Source: Leptogorgia sarmentosa (taxonomy: Eukaryota). From it: a stretch of DNA of 64,000 nt. The stretch is from positions 11,408,001-11,472,000 of the forward strand of contig OZ210885.1 in NCBI GenBank assembly GCA_964658305.1. Reading direction: 5' to 3'. A program made the position numbers and the translations under genes. The notes beneath the pieces were generated by a model. The model did not search any database, was not told the origin of the DNA, and saw only the letters and a program-made list of their open reading frames with translations. This document shows, piece by piece, positions 12,996-25,762 of this stretch; the first letter of the stretch is position 1, and each line of letters opens with the position of its first letter.

Positions 12996-14839
12996 TCGTT
13001 AAATACCGCATTTGCATTCTGGTCATACTAAATTCTTTGTCATTTTTTAGCGACCAATTTAATTAATTACGTTCGAGAACAACCGCACCCACATTGTTTT
13101 TGAAGAGGTTTCAATTTAAATGCGCCAATTTTCCTATTTCGTTATAATAGGTATATTCCAAGCCATGCGAATGCAACAGAGATTCGATGTTAGCATTTTT
13201 TCCGATGGAGGGCGATCTTCTCTGAAGTTAGGTTGAAATTATTGGAGATCTGATTATCATCTTTGCATGCGTAATGCAACAATAATAGAAAATTGGTGAA
13301 CTTTAAATGTCTTTATGTCACGAAGTTTACCTGAGTAGATAGATATTTCGAATATCTAGTTTATTATGAATGAGTTTTAATATGAATGTTCGAAAGAAAA
13401 AGTAACTTGACCTTTTTATCTGTGTCTTTATTTGTCATTAACTTACACTTGAGACGCATATTTCGTTTGGACAAACTTTAACAAAGCTCTTTGTTTTCCC
13501 TTGTTTGTCTTTGAGTGTTTGGCGAATTAATCATAAATGCTGATTAAAAATTTTCTCATTTTCACTGAAAGATCCACTTCGCTCAGTCGCGTTCCTGTTA
13601 CCTTCATAGTTGCTTTCATACTGTAGCGCCTGTGGCTCGACTGATATTCTAGAAATCAAAAGTGAAACCAGTGCATAATGAAACTCAATACAAACGCAGG
13701 TTAATTGATATATTATGATCATAACATTTCTCCTCTGGCTTTTAATTTGTATCCAAAAAAGGCCAATTATATTGAAAGGATTAAGCACTTAAGAAGCTAT
13801 TTTTACCACCCACTTAATGCCACGTTTCATTTCGTCTTTCGTTTGTTGGTAAGCAAAGAAGATGCCTAACAAATATCTTTATTTCGTCACATTGACTATC
13901 GTTTCCTTGCTCTAAAAGGTATTATAGTTTTGTTTTATCATAGTTGACCCCTTTTCTACGCTACCAGGTAAATAATAAATCTTCATGGGTTGTGTTTCTC
14001 TCAAATTACAGATAATATTGCAGACTTTAAGGACAACTAATCATGTTAAGGCTATATGTTAGTTGGTAAACCGCGAGCTGAAAATGTTTAATCTAACGCA
14101 CGCATATTTCCAGCGTTCTGAGAGGTTTTACATATACATTTACAAGGTTCTCTTTAATAATTATAATCCCCTCTCTCCAACATCATACTAATATTGTGAT
14201 ATGTCGCATAACTATAATTGGCCGTATCTCTGGTTTTACGCACCCAATAAGGACAAAATACACTCTTTTTGTTCAGCTTAAAAAACTTTATATATCTAAG
14301 CAATGTTCATATACAATGTAATACAAGGAAAATGTATTGTCTTGAGGTCATTAAAATATACATCGCAGAAAAATGTGACCCGGAATACTAATTAGATGCA
14401 TATTTTGAACCTTTAGTCCAATCATACACTGTAAAACTGGAGGGGTAAATATTACTCTTTCGGAGAGTAACTATTACCAATGTAAGAGGAGTAATCTATT
14501 TTGGGGTAGAAATTACTCCCGAATTGAGGGTAATTTGTACTTTAGGGGTAGAATATAGAAGAGTAATTTGACATGGGGTAAATTTTACCCCTTTTACGAG
14601 GGTAGTTGATTGCGGTGTAACTCGGGTGTAAAATAAAAAGGGGTAAAAATTACCCCACGCTTACCCCCCAATTTTTCAAGATGGCAGCGACAATAAGGAG
14701 CGCCGAGATTTCTAAGCTATTTCTGCGCTGGCAATACTGAAATTCCGCAAGCTATTATCCAACATTTATCATTTACTAATGATGTTGAATAAACGGTCCA
14801 CTCTTGGCAAATAACAAGGTAAGCCGAACGATATTATTC

Positions 14840-15300
14840 ATTATTATACATTTAATATTCATTCTCGTTCCTGATTGGTCAGAAAGCACCGGCTAATTCT
14901 CAGTATTCGGTATTTATTACGTATTTTCCGCCGATGACGTCATCAGCGTCCAATAATTATTTTTTTGGATCGAACTTGCATCCAAAAAAAAAATTATTGG
15001 ACTCTCTCGTGCCCAAGCCCCAGCGCTGTCAAAAGCTTGAAGCTAAAAGCGCGCGAAAAAACAAACAAACAATGGCCAGCAGCAGATTTTGCTTCGCTGT
15101 ATGAAAGTGAACTCTCCAAATTACCGTGTCTTTTAAATGTATAATAAAACAATTATTGGATTCGGCTTTCGCATGATATCAAGAATTATTCAGACCTCGG
15201 TCAATGTTATCCGCCTCAGCTTCGCTTCGGCAGATAACATTGACCTCGGTCTGAATAATTCTTGATATCATGCTCAGCCTCATCCAATAATTGTTTATTA
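14840..15300. mobile_element. Hairpin-ended interspersed element (copy 2), nested in the EnSpm element
   Basis: Left end ATTATACA...CTGATTGGTC; right end palindrome at 15142-15300; matches copy 1. Confidence 0.75.
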
Positions 15301-16153
15301 TTTTTGAAGTGTTTAATTACCGTCTTTATCGACGAAAGCGCGCTACGTTTCTTTCCCCGCCGTGTATTCAATGTGTAGCTTTTGCCATTGTTATGAAATG
15401 TGAATGAATGCGCCTCACATAGAAATGTTAAAAAGTGAAGCTGAAAGGACAAATAGTTTAATAATTCTCATACAGTGATTATTACTTTGAATAGACGTAG
15501 TATTTGTGCACAGAGCAGCACATTTGCTCGGAAAGGTCTGCTGTGAAGTTTGGTTGCAAAATATTTCACAATATGCATAGAATATACAGTCATGAAAATT
15601 TTGCGGATTTTGTATACTTTTGTATTACGTGCGCGCAAAGGCCTTACAATATTTCAAAATTTGTAGTCTTGCATGTTGCACATTTGTTCACATATCAAAT
15701 TTAATCTGACAGCAATAGAAACAAATGTTTGTAAATTTATCAAGTCGTGACACAATGATTAACTCTTCTGTGTCCACGTGTTTCAAATCTACCAATCAGT
15801 GAATGCGCATTTTTGGCGCTGAATTACGATGGTAAAATAACGAAACAATCAGGCTTCTCCTCTTTCGCGCTTCATCTAGCTTCGTTCGTGATCAAAGCAG
15901 TGTTGGGTTTGTATAACATCAACGCGTTTCACAGGTAAGCGCTTCTTATTTGTTTGATACACTGCATGTTTATACATACAAGCGTCGCTGTCGCGAAATC
16001 TGACTCTGAGTAGATCAATATATACGAGAATATATATTCAATTCAACAATATATGTGCGTTGATTAACATTGTATAATTCCTGCGTGATTTGTAAGTTGT
16101 ACTTTTATGAACGAACTTATCGCCACCAATGCGCACTGAATCCGATGGTTTAT

Positions 16154-19100
16154 GAGTTTGACTAATTGTCGAGTGTCGAGGGTCGAGGGTGGGAGGTCGA
16201 GGGTCGAGGGTAACATGTCGAGGGTTGAAAAAAATGTCGAGGGTTGAAAAAAAATGTCGAGGGTTGAAAACAATATTAAGTTTACAGGGGGGATAGTCTG
16301 GAATATTGACAGACCATCAGACGCTTTATATCCGGACGCTATAAAACTTATAGGGCCTATATATAGCCTACGACAAGACTTTATTCAACGATCGAGTTTA
16401 AAAATGGTTATATATGTATAATTACCAGAAGATCATTGATTGCTGTTAATGCATACGCGTGTCATCCTTAATTAAAAGGACTTGAGCCACAGTATATATG
16501 CATTTCATGTCCAATGCCCAAACAAATAAACAATACCAAAATATATTTCAACGTTAGAAATAAAGACTGTCAATATGTATACGTATAAAGACTGTCAATA
16601 CACCAAGCAAAAGCCTTGCATCTTGAAGAGGTATGTCCTCTTATGTTTCGTCATTTCGAATTACGTAGTGCATATTTTTTTTGAAAAATTGATTTTTGTG
16701 ATAAAATAACATGGGAAATATGTCAGACATTGCCCTTGCAGCAATTAAATTATTAGGAAAAACCAAAAAAATCGCAGTATAACTTCCAGTGGAAGTATAA
16801 ATCTTTCTCGTTACCGTTTCAAAATATTTCCTGTCCTAGCAATGAAATCTATAAATATGTCCCATGTTTAATTTTGGCATGATTAGTTTGACAATAATAA
16901 AAGCTATTAGCGTTTCGGTACAATGTTAAAACCATACGTTGAAATGACCTGCTTTTGTTGGTCGTCAAGTATGTTTAGTAAGGCATTATCTATTAACACA
17001 GTCCCATTAAAAGACGGATTTTTTCTTTTTATGTGTAAGACAGAAGGGTGGTAGTATGTGTTTGAAAAATCGTGGCTATAAATCAGCTGGCCGCTAGGAG
17101 TTTTTCCCGTTACTCTTCTGTCCATATGTTTTACGACAACATTGTTTGGATGACCTCGAAACATGTCTGTAAACTCTGCCCCACAACCATAGCACTTCTT
17201 TACATTATTTTGTAGAATCACGAGTTCATAAGCATGCGGTGATTGAGCCGAGTTCCATTCCACTCCTTGACGCAGAGCCTGAGACCAAGGTTGGGGCATT
17301 GGTGGTTGGGGGACAGGTGAGGTCCATGGATAGTTAGTGGTATGGGCTGAGGTGAAGAAAGGATGGGGGCTTTGTGGATAGTATGAAGGCACTACAGGAG
17401 GCTGCCCACCTAAATACGGTCGATTAAAAGGGGGTTGGTCTTGGGCGGGCGTTGAGTTGTGATGGTTTTGCCGTTGTGCGTAAGCTGATGCCGTGTTTTG
17501 GGGAGGGTCCTCTTTTTCTTTTCTTTTTCCACTGTTCCTTTTTTTTCTCTTTTCGGCAGGCTTATGCGCTGAATTGGGGTCTATTAGGAAACCATCACCA
17601 CAACTTTCCAATAATTCTTTACCCATCTGTCGCGCTTTCTGTACTTCTCGATCATGTTGCCTTTTTTTGCGGCTCTGAAAAGACGGACCAGTTCCAACTG
17701 ACAGGGAGCCTTGTTCGTATTCTTTCAATTCCACATCCAAGATTAAACTGTCTCTAACGTCGGCTTGGCAGGCGTCGAGCAATGTTAGATTGGCCGGATC
17801 ACGATGAACCCAGCTGGCGTGGATCACCTCAGCTTGATTCATTTGGGGAGCATTTTGTGGAGCAAACGCTCTGAAAATGAAACCGCGTCTTTCATGCCAC
17901 CAAGCTACCCACGTCTCCAGAAATTCCCTGTCTTTGTCTCCTTTAACAAATGCGTCCATATCTTTCTTTGCGGCATTGTAAGCTTCTTCTGTGGTGCTGT
18001 TTAGCAATTGTTCACAAAGATCTTTGAATTCTGTAACACTGTTTTCGTCTCGTAACCTATTAGCCTTTTTATTACGCTGCTCTTTGAAATGAAATTCGCA
18101 ACTTTTGATTGCCGATTTCATATCATCGCCAAAAATGTTTGCAATGCCAGCAAAGTTAGCGCCTGCCATATCAGTGCAGAATCCGATTGGATTAAACATA
18201 TAATCTTTTTTCCCCGAAATTTTCTTTAAGATCTCGTTAAAAAGAGTCCAAAATAATGAAATGTTTTTGGTGTCTTCACTTTCTGCTTCCATTACAGCTA
18301 GAGGAACTTGCTTGCGTAAGAGTGCATGATATACACTCGCAGTTAGTGTCACAAATCCACGGCATCGTTTGCATTTTCCGTCAAAGAAGCAATACTCTTC
18401 GCTTAGAAAATGTTCACCGTCTTTGTCCATTTGTATTGCCATTTTAGCCTTTTGTTTGCTTGCTTTAAACACAAAAGAAGGTAGGTCAGGATTTCCCCTG
18501 TGGTCATTTATTTTATAAACATAATACTCGTCCTTCTTGTCACAGTATTCCTTAAAGGTGACCACAGACTCAAAGTCATGACCAACTGGCTCTAGATCAT
18601 CTTTAATTTTTTTCTTTAAATTTGAAAGCCATTTTCTGTCTAACGTGGCTTCGACTTCTTTTTCCACTCTTTGCCAATCTGCGCCTTCTCTAAATGCAGA
18701 CAAAGCACGGGCTGATTGTATTTCCGACGGTTTTATTTGCGGGTTACTTCTTATGAGCTGTGACATTTCTTCTCTGTCTTTAACCACGGTCTTGTTCGTA
18801 GGGCAGGTATGAACGCCATAATGGTACACCTTCTTCACTTGTGTTGACGTACTTATATAACGTCGAGCAAAGCATTCTACGAATGTTGGCTCCATTCCAC
18901 ATCCTTTGCACACTAGGGGCCGATGTCTCTTCTTCTCAAACTGTTTAGTGTTTATAATACCAAACTGTACCTTGAAAGGACACGACGCGTTGAGGCATTT
19001 ATGTGAACCTTTGCAGTCAGCAAAGCGAACGCGTTGATGACCCGCCCACTGTGTTGGACAGCTTTTCTTCCACTTCCTTCCATCTTGTAATTCAAGGCCA

Positions 19101-22100
19101 TCAGCTTTGTCACTATCACCCTTTTTGATGACATAAAGCTTGAGGCCATCAATACCATTTGGGAGTTTGGTAACAGTTTCTGGCGTAACATTCGACCAGT
19201 GGTGTATGGAAACCTTTTTTTGCTTCTTCTTTTCTTTCATTCGCATTTGGGAAACGTCAAGATCTCCTTCATCACTACTGGCATCATCGCTGGTACTGCT
19301 CAAACGACTGTACATTCTACATTGAGTAGAAGAATATTTCTCAATTTCACTTAGCAGGCAATTATATGTAACTTGTGCCGGGAATTATTGGGTTATTGCT
19401 AATGTACGGGAAAAATTCAACACATGGAGTTTACATAGGTGGGATTTAGCCGCGCGAACAACAGAACCATAACTTTTTCTCAAAAGAACTTACTTTTCCT
19501 TTTCTTCACGTTTCACTGGGGAATCCGTAAGATCTATGACTGCCTATAAGGCAAAAAGTGACATGGTTTGTATATAAAAAGTGCCAATATTCAATAATTC
19601 CTGCCTGTAAATGTTTTAATGTTTTAAATTCCACCCTGTAAATGTTTTAATGAAAGGTTACCATACCCTACGGTTAATTCTTTTTTCTTTTAATTTTAAT
19701 AGAAATACTGAAGAACAGCCCATTTTAAATTATTGACGTCCTTTGTTTTACTGGCGCAGTAAAGGAACGGAAAATGGTGTATTAGGAAAGTTGACTGGGT
19801 GCTGCAAATTGTAACTATAAGTATTTAAAATTTTCTGACAAATTACCAACAATTTACCTTCGCCTTTTCCTCCCCCTTATTCTTATGGCTGCTATCAATG
19901 TGGTTCTTGAGTTTCCTTTTGGATCGACAAGAAATAGGGCAATGCTGACACTTGTGGCGTGACTAAAAATAAATTATGATCATCATTGTGTAGTTCTTTA
20001 ACAGAAACATTTAAACTCGTTTTCACAAGCATTTATATAACACAAAAAACTCTGTAATCATTTTTCTTGGATCTTGGGATATTAAAAACCACTTGATACC
20101 TGTATCTTATTTGAACAAGAGCCTGATTCAGAAGAAGGGCCGTCTGAATCGGATGAGCTAATCTTTATCAAATCAATGCGCTTCCCACGACTCACGCATG
20201 CTTCAGCATGGGGCAGAATATCATCGTTGTTTTCCTCCTCATTTACAAGTGCAGGGTGATCCGGTACCTTATTTGAATAAAGAAATGCTTATATCAGTCC
20301 TCATTAAAGGCCGGGGAGAAAATTCGTGAGGTGAATTTTAACATGCGGCCCTATGGCGTCACTGGCCCTAACGTTGATGCATGCATTTACCTCGATGCTG
20401 GGTACTATAGGGTCAAGCGCAACGTAGTGATTTCCAGTGTGACCAAAATATAAATAACGAGTGCACTTCACTGATTCCGGTTCTAACACCTTAATGTATT
20501 CGTCCTCCTAAACGCAATTAAGATAGCTCGATTAGTTTATTTTGGTGCAAAACATTTCCACACGATCAAACTTTTCTCATCTACATATCAATATTCATGC
20601 ACATCCACTGATCCATCCACTGATCCACATATTATTAAAAGAGATGCATGCCCAGATTTAAATATATTTTTGAGTATATCAATATTCACAGAATGCATAT
20701 AAGTATGGTAAAACAGCTGTTTGTTATATAATTTATATTATAATTTTATCAAACCACAGTTAAACGAATTCGAATACTAAGGAACATGATATAAAACTTA
20801 CGCCATTAGCAGTCACTATCAATATATTTCTTCCCATCACTTCGGCAAGTGCCCTGACCACCAATGAGTTTGCGTAATCTTTTTCCAGGAGAGCCAGAGC
20901 GTCAATCCATGAAGAGGGTTTTTTCACATGACCGATGTCTTCATCACAAATGAATTCCATGCGGTCAATTCCATTACCCTTAATGTAGAAAGATGTAAAA
21001 AGTGTCTATTTCGACAACACTCGCTACACGTTCGCGACCATATGGAAACTAGGCTTTAATTATGCATGTGGTAGCTAGGTACATAATACATTGGATCGAT
21101 TTTATCAATTGCAAAACATGTCTCTCTATAATAACATTTTCACTGAATTGCATGCTACATATACAAAATTAACAAGGAGACTTACATCATATCGATTGCT
21201 TTTCAAATATTGAAAAATCATTTTTCGCACCGCCAGAGCTGGCAAGCCAAGTTGATGCCCAGCTGCTGAATAAAAACATAAACCATCACCAGGAGGATTA
21301 TAGGCGATCTTTAATCCACTTTCACCGGCTCTGAATTTCAGTGTTTCCATTCTTTTAATGATTCGAGTTTTTATCCGACTGATATAGAGTGAAAGCTCAC
21401 AACAAGAGTGTGCGTAAAGCGTAATTAATTCAAAGCTTGGATAAGCGACAGACAGCGATTCGTATCCTGACAGTACTTGGTCAAGAAGAGATAGAATAAG
21501 GAATGTTCACACTTTTTTATCTGTCCCTTACTTTGTAACAGTGTCATTTTACAGTATTATGTATTTCCTTTTCATGCCGTTTTTTGGACTTTCATGTTTG
21601 AAATTCTTGAATTTAACAATTTAATGGGCAAAAAAGCAATTGTAAACATTTTGTTCCGAAACACGTGCAATTAGCAGGAGCCTATATATATATATGAAGA
21701 GTGGTTCAAAAAAAATAATAAACACGGCATACTTATGAGATAACTAATGCATTGTCATTATATCAGTGTTAAATTACAATTTGCATCTACAGGAACTAAT
21801 TATCACTACAAATGCAAATTTAGTTTTTACATATTAGTTTATCACCGGACATTACACTACGACACTGAGACAAATCCTCTTTGGTGTGACTTACAATAGC
21901 TGGTATTTCCAGTCAGGAAATTCCTGCAGTCGAGGCGAATGTTACGGGATTACGCCTGCTACATTTCAAAAGTTAACTTGTTCCAAAGAACATGCAGCTC
22001 CGGCATAACTAAAAGTAAAACCCGCGACGCATCCACCCGTGTGAATTTTGCGCATCCACCGCATTGTGCTTAAAGTACACCACACTTTTAATTTCATTGA

Positions 22101-22313
22101 CAGGCAAAACGCGCAATTTCTGATCAGATCGTATTTAATATCGTATTCTACACGTCATAATGTAGAATTGTTTTAACGTTTAACTGGTTTAATATTTTTT
22201 CAACCCTCGACATTTTTTTTCAACCCTCGACATTTTTTTCTACCCTCGACATGTTACCCTCGACCCTCGACCTCCCACCCTCGACCCTCGACACTCGACA
22301 ATTAGTCAAACTC
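16154..22313 (-). mobile_element. Apparently intact autonomous Mutator/MULE DNA transposon (6160 bp)
   Basis: TIRs of about 125 bp (GAGTTTGACTAATTGTCGAGTGTCGAGGG..., with internal GTCGAGGG repeats); perfect 9-bp TSD ATGGTTTAT at 16145-16153 and 22314-22322; encodes a DDE transposase. Confidence 0.93.
16907..21350 (-). CDS. Spliced OTU protease-C2H2-MULE transposase fusion, about 1063 aa
   Basis: Exons 21350-21186, 20978-20802, 20507-20391, 20267-20100, 19962-19858, 19543-19494, 19316-16907; all introns GT-AG with matching phases and no stops. OTU motifs GDGLCFY and GNHYVAL; CQHC..H..H finger; transposase FFDG / FCTD / CEFH / NQAE (D, D, CxxH, E). An additional upstream exon is possible. Confidence 0.85.
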
Positions 22314-24599
22314 ATGGTTTATGTATGTCGGCGCGCTAAGATAAACATAAGCAATAAATTCGGTGGCATTGGCAACACCTAGCCAAATCTCTTCACTCTT
22401 CGTCAAGTATCAATTATATTTATATATATGCATGGCTTATTACATTCCGGCTGACTCTTACATTGTAGTATATATAGTTGCTATGAAATCTTAAAAGCTT
22501 TTAAAGTTTATTATACTCTATATATTGCTGAATTCCACGTTCAAATATTGCGTGTTGTTGCCACAAACTGATCAAGGTTAAGGTTCATTTGCGTTGTTGG
22601 AATGCAAAAAATGCGGGTTTGATCAATAACAGCATTCGGTGCTATTAAATTGTGTGTGTAATTTTTGATGTGTTGTAAAATCAATAGTTTTGTTAAATGC
22701 TTTTGCTCATGTAAAAGTCATGTAAAATTTATTAGAACTTGTATGCCTGTCTTTTAAATCTTATGCGGTGATTGTGTGGCGTGATTCATGTTTCAGTATG
22801 CATGCCTAGTCGGTAAGGAAATTATCAGTTCCTATGTAAACTACACACGCATCACTTTATTATGAACCTCGATATAGAACTATTAAGATGATGTGTTGAT
22901 TAAGAACAGACCCAACTTACTGTTTTTTGTGACATAATGGCCACGCTCTTATTCTGTAAATAATACATGCAAACATGACATAGCTCATTTGTATATTTTC
23001 CAAAGCATCAGGCATTAGGCTTTGTGTATAATATAATATGTAGATCTGGAGACACTGAATATCATTACATCGCATATGTTCAAGTCGCATGAAGATCTCC
23101 TATATTCCCAACCATTTTGTGTAGTGTATCTCATAAAAATTTGAAATTCTTTTGGTCGCAGATTGTTTGAATATGACTTGAAATAACTCTTCACGTGCTG
23201 AAGTTTTGAGTTGGCACGACTTGAAACAGAACGTTGAGGCGGCACGCCTTGCGAAGTGGAGAAGTTTCAATTTAATGAGAACAATTCTAATTTAACTAGC
23301 ATGCACTGAATGCATACCTATACTAGGAATGAATTTTGCGCCGTGCTGAAGTTTCGGGTTGTCTCGACCTGAAACAGAACGTTGAGGCGTCACGCCTTGC
23401 GAAGGTTGCAATTTTAATTCCTCATAGGTTCTGCTTGTATGACAAAAAGAAAAAGATATGATGTATGAATTCCTCGCTGGAATAAAATTGGGCTTCAAAA
23501 TATGAAATCGATGAAATATTCTACACGTAATGGGTAGGAAATCAACACAAATAATTTAGCTAGTTTGAGAGTTGTATGAGCAATCTGCACATAAACGTCT
23601 ACCTAATTACGAAGCGAGTTTTGAAATTATGAGATGCATATGGTATGATCGAATATACCTGAATGTTGAATGTTAACTTTGATTTTTTTGCTCAAGTTCC
23701 ACACTTAATTGTCCAAGTTGTTCAACTTAAGAGCTGTTGTCATGCATTCAACATTTTAGGATAATCCAGACTGACCAGGCACACTGAGCAGGTTGTTTAT
23801 TGGAGCAAGAGGAGAAATGGCGCGAGAAAAGGTCATCAAGAGCGGTTTTGGCGTTACAATTCCAAAATCTCCTGTCCTCAAAAATGGAAAGACAATGCAA
23901 AATATCACTGCAAAATTTCTGCATGATTCTACATCTGGGAATATTGCGCGCTCGAATGACCTTTTATGTTTGTTGTCAATTTTAAATAGATTTTAAAATA
24001 CTCTAATAAATTGACCCGCCATATAGATGTGTGTATTGTGTATTACAATAATAACATTGGAGTACTACAAGTGAAGTTCGATGTATCATTATATACTCAT
24101 GCAGGTTCCTGCCGAAATTACTTCAATTCAAATTGTAGTAAAATATTGCCCCGTTGTGTACCAGGAGTAAAAATTACCCATCTTTGGTAGAAGTGTAAAA
24201 TTTACCCCATTTAGTAAGAGAGTAAAAATTACCCCATTTTTATGCGGGTGAAAATTACCCCATTTCATTTGGGGGTAAAAATTACCCTTTTTATAGGGGG
24301 ATAAAAATTACTCTTTGCGCAAAATTACTCTCAAAACCCGGGGCATTCATTGGACATGAAATTTACCCCACTTTTTAGAGTAATTTTTACTCCCCCAGTT
24401 TTACAGTGTAACTCTGCAAACACTGATCTTCAGTTCTACAGTAGTATCAATTTCTACCTTTTTACAATGCTATAGGTGAAAAAGACTTCGAGAACCGGCC
24501 GTGTTTTTATATAAAAACGAAAAATATACGAATACCCGGTATTGCATGTTTTCCACGTGTTTCAGACTATTGCGCAACCAGATTTATCTTTGCAAATGA

Positions 24600-24935
24600 A
24601 CACTTGCGAACAATTTAACTATCTGATAAATCTATTACAACTGAACACAGGCGAACCCAACACTGACCAATTTAACCTAACAGCCTTCCTACTGAACAAT
24701 TGCAACATCATAGACAGGGCTAAGCATTGGTCAAATCTGCTGTTCAATGAAAAAAATCATTCATCGACAAAAACCGGAACTGAATCATGGGACTAAAGCA
24801 TCTAGAGAACTATCGGTTTTCTTCTAATTAGATATTAAATGACGTAGAGTATATATAACGCATGCACATGTAATAACCATTGCTGATGATGACTAAATAA
24901 AGTCAAAACGTTGAATCAAAATATTTACGTTATTT
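24600..24935 (+). mobile_element. Decayed Penelope-like retroelement 3' end (GIY-YIG C-terminus plus hammerhead-like motif)
   Basis: Broken frame IIDRAKHWSNLLFNE..HRQKPELNHG.KASRELSVF*, followed by CTGATGA-TGACT-loop-AGTC-AAAAC at 24883-24909. Confidence 0.55.
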
Positions 24936-25139
24936 GGAGTTACCGTTGTTGCGATTTATCCTGTTTTTGGTAAATGCCGTGCGCGTGCGGAAATTTCCCA
25001 CAATTACAAAACATCTTGTAGAAATGTTATTATTTGTGCAAATAACACGAAATATGCAAAATAAAAAGAACATAACACAGGTTTCATGACTATATGCGGC
25101 TTCAAGGAGAAATAAGGACATGGATTTCAAGATATTGGA

Positions 25140-25762
25140 CTCGGTTTTTTTGCCCAGATATATAATGGTAATTGCCGCACGTTTCCGACGATCAATCTTT
25201 AATATTTTTTTTTGTGTTGTGTTTTAACTAGCATACGACCCACCGTTCGAATGGTCATTTTATTAGGATTTCAATGGTGTTTGTCTTTAATTCGTGCGAT
25301 TTTCTTTAATCATAGTCCAAATTTGTGTAATCACACTGCAACTTTCTGTAATTAGAGTACAATTTTCTGTTATAACAGTGCAATTTTGTGTAATCACAGT
25401 GTAATTTTCTGTTACCACAGTGCAATTTTCTGTAATTACGGTTCAAAGAGATTTACGGTGCCACTTAATGATAAGGTGTTCAGTTTGCCAGGGTACCAAA
25501 TAGCGACAAAGTCATAAGTGTACGCGACAAATCTCTTTGAACTGCCTCCCTATGAACGCCACTTACCCTCAAAACCAAGTGCAACTTTAATAAATTCTTG
25601 CAGAGTTTCGAAGCTATCGCACCAACTTATTCGTTTACAATCGTAGGTAATACTCTTAGACACCACATAATCTTGTATTTTGAGGAAATTCCAACTGATA
25701 TCAGCTCCATTATAATTTGTATCAGAGCTCTCAAATAAATTTCCATCCGCCATGATGACCAC
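25140..25762 (-). pseudogene. Retrotransposon ORF1-like fragment with an internal ~22-bp tandem repeat (25330-25440)
   Basis: ISWCDSFETLQEFI..GKWRS*GGSSKRF..IWYPGKLNTL resembles the N-terminus of cnidarian LINE ORF1 proteins (from memory); contains an in-frame stop. Confidence 0.35.

Larger units (their letters stand above)
14427..24408. mobile_element. Non-autonomous CACTA/EnSpm (CMC) element carrying nested insertions
   Basis: Termini TA|CACTGTAAAACTGG and CCAGTTTTACAGTG|TA (2-bp TSD); many subterminal GGGTAAAATTACCC/TC repeats at 14440-14670 and 24165-24395; no own transposase seen. Confidence 0.85.

Noticed and set aside
13600..13970. Possible small 5' exons of the receptor gene
   Set aside because: Splice-like signals exist, but no signal peptide or consistent reading frame could be established.
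17452..18447. Plus-strand ORFs inside the MULE, and similar antisense ORFs over the LINE, hAT and protease regions
   Set aside because: Shadow frames of the real coding strand with no motifs.
16154..22313. Sola element (GAG...CTC termini)
   Set aside because: The 9-bp TSD and the D-D-CxxH-E signature fit Mutator, not the 4-bp TSD of Sola.
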